64,000 nucleotides of DNA, taken from Paramoeba atlantica. Lineage: Eukaryota > Protista > Discosea. The stretch's first letter is position 1. The number at the start of each line of letters is the position of its first letter. Of this stretch, positions 30,465-38,191 are shown one piece after another. The DNA lies in NCBI GenBank assembly GCA_977017575.1, contig CDRNVI010000012.1, positions 186,001-250,000 of the forward strand, written 5' to 3'. The notes beneath the pieces are model-generated. The model searched no databases. It worked only from the letters and a program-made list of their open reading frames with translations, and had not been told where the DNA came from. The position numbers and the translations under genes are program-made.

Positions 30465-31868
30465 TCACTGAGGCATACGTCTTACCGGTCGGCCCACGGG
30501 GTGGCTCACATACCCATAACGTGAGTGCGAAGGCAAGGAGGGTTTGGACTCCCGCCGCACTGGCCCTCCGGGAGTCACCCGTGAGACCATTTCAGCAGGT
30601 CGCTTCGGTGCCGAGGCGCTCCCATACGTAGTGGTCTGACTTTGGTTTGCAGTGCGGTAACCCGCCGTTGAGCTGGAGCTCTGCACACTCCCCCGGTGCG
30701 GCCGCTGTACCGCAACCCGTTCCCCCACGGCGGCTTGATAGCCTACTGAATGACGTGAGGCCGCAGCGGTGACTCCGGGTCGACTCAGGAGCTTCGGGAT
30801 GTACCCCAGTTCAGTTTTCGCGACTCTCTCCTTCCTTTTGCGCTGCGCAATGTCCTCATAGAGGTAGTTGCGGTACTCTGCTACCGTGTAACGAGTGTCG
30901 TCACTGAGGGGTATGACAATCGGTGAGGAGCACGTGGGTTCCTCTGACGGGTTGTGAAAAGCCGCGACATAGGGATGTGCAATCGCTTCCTGGGCGTTGA
31001 GTCGCTTCTTTGGATGAAACCGTAGCAGTCGCCGCATGAAATCCACAGCGTCATGTGGGGCCTCCGGGAACACCTCCTCGAAGCTCCGGGGGGTAACCCG
31101 TCCCATATTCTCCAACATTGTGTTAACGTACGGACTGTGTATCCCGGAGCGGTCCCCTGCACTAGGGTATCCAATCAACCCGATAATGCGTTCAAGCTGG
31201 TTCATCGTAGAGGTCCCTGGGAACAATGGTTTTCCTAGAATCATTTCCCCTGCAATGCAGCCCACGCTCCACATGTCCACTCCAAAGGTGTAGGTGGTGG
31301 AGCCCAGCAGTATCTCCGGCGCTCGGTACCACCGCGTCGCTACATAGTCCGTTAACGCTGGACGGGCCACGTGCGGTTCCGAACTCACCACGGACCGGGC
31401 CAAACCAAAATCTGCCACCTTCATAAAGCACTCCGAGTTCAGCAGCAGGTTCGAGGGCTTCAGGTCGCGGTGCAGAAGCTTTCCTGAATGCAGGTAGAGC
31501 AACGTCTTGAGCAGTTGGTACGTCACGAACCGTTTGTGAATATCCTCGAGAATGCTCACCCGGATGACGCTGTGAAGGTCGGTGGCCATGTACTCGAATA
31601 CGAGGTAAAGATCTTTGTCATTTTCTGCGCGATGTACATTTAAAAGCTTTACCACATTGTCGTGCTTCAAACGATGTAGAAACATCACTTCGCGAAACGT
31701 GCGTTGAGCATCGGTAGAGTTTTGAAAAGCGTCGAAGATCTTCTTTACCGCGACCAAACGTCGCGTACGACGATCGACTGCCTTCCAAACCACACCATAC
31801 GCACCCTTGCCGAGTTGCTGCAGCAACTCGTACCTTCGGGAAATGTGGGGTTCTACTTCGGAGGACAT
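30465..31868 (-). CDS. Mitogen-activated protein kinase, ERK7/8 (MAPK15) family
   Basis: GKGAYGVVWKA, VAVKKIFDAFQNSTDAQRTFRE, HRDLKPSN, DFGLAR, and TDY activation loop (LTDYVATRWYRAPE). Confidence 0.95.
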   Translation of the reverse strand: MSSEVEPHISRRYELLQQLGKGAYGVVWKAVDRRTRRLVAVKKIFDAFQNSTDAQRTFREVMFLHRLKHDNVVKLLNVHRAENDKDLYLVFEYMATDLHSVIRVSILEDIHKRFVTYQLLKTLLYLHSGKLLHRDLKPSNLLLNSECFMKVADFGLARSVVSSEPHVARPALTDYVATRWYRAPEILLGSTTYTFGVDMWSVGCIAGEMILGKPLFPGTSTMNQLERIIGLIGYPSAGDRSGIHSPYVNTMLENMGRVTPRSFEEVFPEAPHDAVDFMRRLLRFHPKKRLNAQEAIAHPYVAAFHNPSEEPTCSSPIVIPLSDDTRYTVAEYRNYLYEDIAQRKRKERVAKTELGYIPKLLSRPGVTAAASRHSVGYQAAVGERVAVQRPHRGSVQSSSSTAGYRTANQSQTTTYGSASAPKRPAEMVSRVTPGGPVRRESKPSLPSHSRYGYVSHPVGRPVRRMPQ

Positions 31869-32076
31869 AGCATGCGCGTATACAAATACTAAGCACCAAT
31901 TTTATGTTCCAATTCGGTAAGACAAATAGTATGTATTTCAGGGGAAAAGTGGAAAAATTGAAACCTTTCTAACACATCAAAAACAGGGAAAAGATATTAA
32001 AAAAGCCAATACCTCGGTCAACACAAAATTTTGTCTATAGTACATACCGTCGCACTCGGAGCTCTATGACCGAAAT

Positions 32077-32654
32077 TGAAATTCTACCTTGTTGTTGTTG
32101 TTTTCTGTACCTTGTTGATCTACCCCATGTACCCCTTCACCCCCGTTCGCCGCGCCCTTCGCCGTCTCCCCGCCGTACTCCCCGCCGTGCTTCCCGCCGC
32201 GCTCCCGTCGCTTTCCCGCCGCTGTCCCGCTGCTCTCCCGTCGCTTTCCCGCCGTGTGCCTTCTATGGTTGAGGTACTCTCATGGCGGCACAGATGCGTC
32301 GAGCATCGGCATCCGCACAGCGCACCTAGGCTGAAACTAGGGAGCCATATCTCCTCGGAGACAAACGGCTCTGTGAACCAACCAACCAACCTCCTTCTTT
32401 GAAGGCGCGTGGAGGACTGGTTGCCCCTCTCGTAGGGACCGCTGATCAGTGTGGCCTATCCTCACTGCGTCTCCGACTACCGTCCTCGGTGAAGTGCCAG
32501 CCGTGGCTTGCTACGGCTGGCTCGCCCGCCGGTCCGCAAGGACCGGTCGTACGCATCGGAGTAACATCCGAGCCGTCGGGCCCCTCACGTGGACGGTAGA
32601 GGGCCCATAACCTGTCAAGGCCAAAAGGGTGCAAGAATTATCATCATCATCATC
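32077..32654 (+). mobile_element. Short non-coding retroposon E3 (SL-headed, (CAT)n-tailed)
   Basis: 11-bp direct repeat ATGACCGAAAT at 32066-32076 and 32655-32665. 5' SL fragments, a GC-rich hairpin body, and a (CAT)5-6 tail. Confidence 0.85.
32085..32117 (+). other. Spliced-leader exon relics (3' fragments)
   Basis: TTTCTGTACCTTGTTG at 32102-32117, preceded by TACCTTGTTG (32085-32094) and TTGTTG (32095-32100). Identical to the SL-like segment at 34070-34085. Confidence 0.75.
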
Positions 32655-33539
32655 ATGACCGAAATGTATACGATAAAAAAGATATAACATACGATAGCAT
32701 ACAAGATGTAAGAATACATGTAAGAATGTTTGACATGCTTTCGTTTTTAATTCCTTTAACTTTGCTCTCACACAGTAAATTTTTCCCAGTAACTGACGTC
32801 AAGAGATTCCCACCATCGATCACTCGACACCAATTTATCGGCTTGTTTTATTTTCTTGTTGCTTTCGAAAGGCGGTTGGTCGGAAACGTTTTTACGATAA
32901 GCGTACCACACATTTTTTTCTGTGTCCCACTTTGCAAACCGTGTCGGAAGGCTATCGATTTTTAAGTCTTTTTTCGGAGAATAATAGACGCAAATCTTTT
33001 TAAGGTCGTGCGGGGCCCGTTCTTTGTCAACGTAAAGCGTGACGCGATTATCAAAAATGGATACGAAGTTGGTCGAGTCTGGCAACTGAGAGATGTCAAC
33101 TTCGCCCTCAAATTTATTTCTTGCCAGGGCTAGCTGCTTGATTGATGAGGGAACACGTGATAAATCTAACCGTCCGGTAAAGGAGTTATTATGCAACGAT
33201 AACATGTTCAGTGAATCGGGAAGAACACTTAAATCAAGTTTGCCTTCGAGCATATTATGATCCAGAAACAGGTGTGATAAAGTCGAAGGCAAGGACTCAA
33301 AAAATACGACACCTGAAAATCTATTCCAGTCTAACAAAAGATCTAACATTGTGGGAGGTAAGGCGACCAAGTCGAGTTCCCCGTGACGCTGATTATATCT
33401 TCCCCATAGACTCTGTAAAGTGCGCGGAAGTTCTCTTAGAGCAAGTTCTCCATCTAACCGATTGTCATCTAGGTGTATGGTTTCAAGTTTTCCCGCTTCA
33501 CGCCCCAGCTTTATAGATCCGGTAAGAAGATTGTTATTT

Positions 33540-34097
33540 TGATGTTCATGCGCTCGTTGGCGCAGAGATACAGCCCTTGATGCGACAGCCGATATCATTG
33601 GCACAATCCGTATTGACGGATGTCGCACCAAGGGGGTTTAGCTCGGACTCTGTCGGTAGAGGGGGTCCAGGCAACTCGCCCTCTCTTTACGCAGCCGGAG
33701 GGGCGCACTGCAACCGACTCGGTCCCAGTCGGTAGAGGTGGTCCAGGCAACTCACCACCTCTTTACGCAGCCGGAGGGGCGCACTGCAACCGACCGCTGC
33801 CTCGCGATAATGCGAGGCAGAGCCACGCCCAGTGGTCCTCAAGGGAGGCCACCATGGCGCATGGCTCCCCGGGAAGAAAAGGGCGCGAAGGGAAGAAAGC
33901 CGGGGAGGGAAGAAAACCCACTCAAGGAGTGAGCCGGGGAGGGGTGATGGGGTGGAAGCGCGTCCCCTACTTCGCCGAGAAAGAGGGACAGTTTAGGCCT
34001 TAGTGCCGGCCGGCAACGGGCATATAAAACAGTAAGATTATGCCCGTTGCCGGGGAAAGAAAAGATGAACAACAAGGTACAGAAACTGTATCTTTAA
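33540..34097 (-). mobile_element. Short non-coding retroposon E1 (SL-headed)
   Basis: Begins with 26-28 nt of SL-like exon. Shares 150 bp (33824-33973 vs 49058-49207) and the 3' end (33542-33571 vs 48732-48760) with E2, and contains a 76-bp tandem duplication and several hairpins. Confidence 0.85.
34070..34097 (-). other. Spliced-leader exon relic
   Basis: Minus strand reads (TT)AAAGATACAGTTTCTGTACCTTGTTG. It contains the kinetoplastid SL core CAGTTTCTGTAC followed by 7 nt ending in TTG, as in Trypanosoma (TATATTG) and Leishmania (TTTATTG). No GT donor follows. Confidence 0.85.
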
Positions 34098-34799
34098 CTC
34101 TACCCTTCGTACTGTTTTAGGAAGATGCGCGAAATCCATACTTCCTTGCAGATCGCGGCCGTCCCATTCTATTTCGTCGATTTCCCCGCTTTCGAGTACA
34201 TTAATTCCATCCCACTTACAAGCAGGATTGTCTACTACCCAAGTTACATGAGGATTAGTTAGATTTGCCACGAGACGGGCCAAATGAAATTCCGGAGCAA
34301 GCACAGTCCTATGTATCTTAGAGGGTCGCTTCTGGTGTTCATACCCGTACACATGGACAACGCTCCGCATTAATACCATTCGAATAGTTTCATAAGTGCA
34401 TATTTCATAAGTATGTACATACAGTTGTATTGTAGGTAGCACATGTTACAAATAGTGGGCCCCCATTTATAGCGCCGCGGTGTACGTCCGCACGTATTGG
34501 GGCATTTTAAAAACAAATAGTTTTTTAGGCTCTTCGTTAAACGTGGTGGTTGTTTTCAACTTAGTCAAGTCACTCGTGCTGCGCGCTTCGCGTTGAAAAC
34601 TACCTCCGCATTTAACGAAGAGAGCAAAAAAGGACATTTGATCAGGAAAGCCGAAGAATATTTGAGCGAAAAATAGCCGATTTTTAGGTAAAAATGGGGG
34701 CATTCTTGCGTATTTTTGCCCTCAGAACACTAAATCTTAAAGTACATGTAGTAGCAGTAATATACACGCTGTTGAATCCTGTTTTACTTCCTACCGCTA

Positions 34800-37600
34800 C
34801 TCTTTCTCTCCCCTGGCGCAAGCCCATGACCCGACGTCGGCGTGACCATCGGGGATCCAAGGATTCCATTACTGGGCTTAACGCCCCACTATCCTCGACC
34901 TCAGGGGGACCTGCTACCACCCCTCTCAGGCGAGGCTCCAGCCCCCATCCCTCCCTAGGGGTCGAGGGGCTGCGCCAGCTCTCCATCGAGGAGCTGAAGA
35001 AGGCGAGGTCGGACTTGGTCGTCCGAGTCAAGGAGCAGCACAAGACATGTGCACGTGACTTCTGTGGCCTCCCTTTCGTGCCAATCAGGCGGTACAACCG
35101 CCTGTGTGATGAGTGCGTCTCTCTGCGCTCTCGGCACAGGAACGACATACGAGCGCGTGCTTTGACGCAAGCCTCTGGGACCCCTCCATCCCGTTCCACG
35201 TCTTCCTCCCGATCCTCCCGCGCCAAGTCCCCGGCCTGCAGGATCACACGCTCTTCTTCCTCTAGGGGCCGATCCCGGAGCGTAAACCGTACAGGTAGTA
35301 CGGTTGCCCCACCCCTATCCTCAGGAAATCGGCTAACGTCTCCTTTGCTCATCTCCCCACCTCCGACAGCCACCGCGCGTCCTACGCCCGCGTCTCGATG
35401 CCAGGCACGGAGACCGCCCCTCAGTCCGCGTCGGACATTATGGATAGTGACGCCCCCACCCAGGTGGAGCACCCGCTTAACCTGCCTACTCTAGGACAAC
35501 AGTTTAAGGCTATGGACGCCGTGCGTCTCAATCTCCTCCCCGCCCCCCTCTGTTCGGGGCGCCCTCTTGCGGAATCCGGCAGATGCTCCGCCTCTTTACG
35601 TCTTTACTCTGCCCTTCACTCGGAACAAGAGAGGGTTTCCCTAGAGGAAATGGAGGTCAGGGCCCGTCGCGAGCTCCTCCTAGAGGCCATCAGTGGCTTA
35701 CACGCCGCTCAGAAGGCCATCGAAGACCGCCTTTTCCTTATTAATCCGGGTCACCTAGTCTGCATCGAATGTCGACTACCCCAACCCCACCATGTTGCCC
35801 TACAAGCCCACCTCATCAAGGTGCACGGGACCAAGCGCCTTAGGAAAGCGTTTTTGGTCCTGCTTAAGGAACATGCCCCGGAAGCTCTACGGATCAAAAC
35901 CGAACGATACGCCACCCTGATGGCTTCGTACGCGGAGTTTTGCGCGGAGGAAGCCCGCTTGCGCTTGGCCCAGGTCTCCACCGAGCCCCACGGGCCCCCA
36001 TGGCCCCTGCCCCCCCAACACTCCCCCCCTTCCTCCTTCCGTACCTCCCCCCTCACCTTTCCCCCCATTTCTCCTGGCGGACGGGCCGGGCGTACAAAGG
36101 GCACCGGCGAGAGCATCTACAGGGGAGGCACCGAATAAACCATTCGAACCGGAAGGAAAGGATGTTTTTAAAATACTCCTAGACTTTGGCCCCGAGCGCT
36201 CGAGCTATATCATCATCCCTTGCCCGCCCGAACGCTCGTTCCAAGCGATCATAGGCATAGTGGGCAACACCCTAGGGGTCCCGGGAGAGAGCCTACTCTT
36301 GAAAGACATTTCAGGAGAAGTCACCTCCATCACCGACTGGAACGGGCTGGACCGTGCGCAACGAGTCGCGGTCAGTTTGTCCCTTCCCCTCCTTTCCCCA
36401 GGGCCTGGCGACAGGCCCACACTCAGGGTGTATGATGGGACCCGTCACGGCTTGGTTTCGACCCCAGGTCTGAACGCGGCTCATGACATCCCCGCGGGGC
36501 TCAATGAGAGCCTAGGAATACCTCGGATCATGACCGGGGCTTGGGAGCCCCGCCAATACGAGGAAGGGCTCCTGTGGTGTTTCCTCCCCACGGAGACCCT
36601 TGTGAGTGAAACGGGTTGGACTACCCGAGTACTCCAATGTAACCTCCGCAGAGGCTGCATTGAGGCGAATCCAGGCCCTCGATCTAAGTCGAGGCGAGCC
36701 TTAGGGGATACCCATAGTGCCCAAACCGCCGGGGCGGTAACCCCTGCCCCGGTTAGGGAAGGCACCATATTGGAAGGGATTGCGGCAGCGACCTCTCCCC
36801 ATAGCCCCTCCCGCCAGGATGGCAAACCCCCCACCCCTCCCCCGCCTCCATACCCCCATCTCATAGGGGCGGACCCTCCCGACAAGGCCCCCCACTTCAC
36901 GCCCCCTAATACCCAAGGCGCGGTAACCGAGTAGGGTGACATCACGCCCTCCCCGGACAGCCTGGCACAGCTCCTTGAAAGGGGCTCGCTGCGTACTCTT
37001 TACGCAGTCCAATGCCCCCCTTGGAAGGACTACGTCACGTCGGTGTGCAGCAACTTCTTGGGGAAGTCCATACGACGGAAAGCTCAAGATCGCCTGGGAT
37101 CTCCTTCTCGGGGTCAAACGGTTCTTGTTTTTCCCCGAAGACAAGCTATCCCAAAGGCAGCTCGCCCAGGGAGCTTCGCAAAAGGGCTCACCTAGAGGGG
37201 TCGGAAACCTTAGCCCCGACCCCTCCCCTCACCAACAGCTTCCCCCGCTCCGTTATCAAGCGGGGGGTAGAGCTGATTCGGGCAGGGGCCTTCTCCAGGG
37301 CGGCCAAGATCTTGGAAGCCCCCCTCGACCCGCCGGCAAACCCTGTTACGGCGGGGGAACAGGCGAAACGCCTCCGCCCAGCGGGGGGTCCCTATAACAC
37401 CCCTTTGTCTATGACAAAGACAGTCATGGACCCCTCCCGTCGGAGGCGGATGTTGCCCGGAAGGCAAGCCTGGCGCCGCTTAGAGCGCCAGGCCCGTCCA
37501 AGGAACTCCTGGTCCCCATCCTGCAGGAGGGTGAACCGAGGGACGTCGTCACTTGGATCATTCAAGGGATCCTCACCAACTCCCTGCCTCCCACGATGAG
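34800..37600 (+). mobile_element. Degenerate CRE/SLACS-like non-LTR retrotransposon, 5' portion (RT not present)
   Basis: GC-rich, antisense to the cluster, frameshifted ORF pieces. C-x2-C-x12-H-x4-H finger (35761-35826), 2A-like GCIEANPGP (36653-36679), AWDLLLGVKRFL, and RGVELIRAGAFSRAAKIL pre-RT-like motif (37261-37314). Confidence 0.65.
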
Positions 37601-37655
37601 GGATAGTGCCGTTTCGTCTAAAACTGCTGCAAAATGGGCGACATATTAGTGCGTA

Positions 37656-37892
37656 CTAATGAGGGGCTGCGGATGACGTAAAGCGCTGTTTCGCGTTGCT
37701 TCAAAACTGCGTACTCTCCCCCCTTCCCTTAAGAGCACCCGGCCAGACCCCCCCGTTTAAGCGCACATAAAGTTGAAGGGAAGAGCCCGGCGCCGCGAAG
37801 CGGCGCCAATTCTTTTTACGTAGTGATTCAGACCCCCCCCGTTTAAGCGCACTTTTCGCGGAAAACGAGGTGCGCTTAAACGGGGGGGACAG
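37656..37892. mobile_element. Juxtaposed DNA transposon termini (Harbinger-like end plus pogo-like end)
   Basis: TGAGGGGCTGCGG at 37660-37672. GGGGGGGACAG|TA ending 37892, with repeated CCCCCCCGTTTAAGCGCAC and the GCGCCGCTTCGCGGCG motif (reverse) also present at ~23375 and ~24217. Confidence 0.75.
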
Positions 37893-38191
37893 TAAGTCAA
37901 AAAGGAAATAAGTAGCTATTTTTCATTTTAGATAACCAATGAATAAAAGAAGAGTAGGCATAGCTCTAGCTCTAGGAATAGCTCTAGCTCGGGAACGTCT
38001 AAACTGCTACTCCCAGAGTAAATTACCAAAAAATACAATAGAACAGAATCTAAGGATTTTTCGTTGTTCTTACCTATTCTTAGTTTCTATACTGTCTCCT
38101 TCCTACTAAACAACAACAGCGGGTCGAAAGTTTCGACCCGAAATTCGCTATACATTACATATGCATCTTAGTAGGCGAAAGTATCCTGATT

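Larger units (their letters stand above)
32768..34379 (-). pseudogene. LRR-family gene split by retroposon E1
   Basis: N-terminal part (PEFHLARLV..NPH.TW...LPKTVRRVEL) lies above 34097 and the C-terminal part (NNNLLTGSI...) below ~33540. Removing the insert restores a canonical LRR, VRRVEL-NNNLLTGSI. Confidence 0.85.

Noticed and set aside
33690-33790. Twister ribozyme resemblance (CGGTCCCA, GGAGGGG)
   Set aside because: The conserved UAA cleavage loop, P1 stem and AAGC of L4 are absent. No hammerhead CTGANGA/GAAA core was found in E1-E3 either.
34038-34100. Intact SL RNA gene
   Set aside because: The first 11+ nt of the exon are absent, no GT donor follows TTG, and no intron or Sm-site is seen. 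It fits a spliced relic rather than a gene. The same applies at 32102-32117.
34811-34860. ingi/L1Tc 77-nt signature (HDV-like ribozyme) starting CCCTGGCG
   Set aside because: Only the first 8 nt and a CATCGGGG match. The P1 partner GCCAGGG and the CCTCAACGTGG core are missing.
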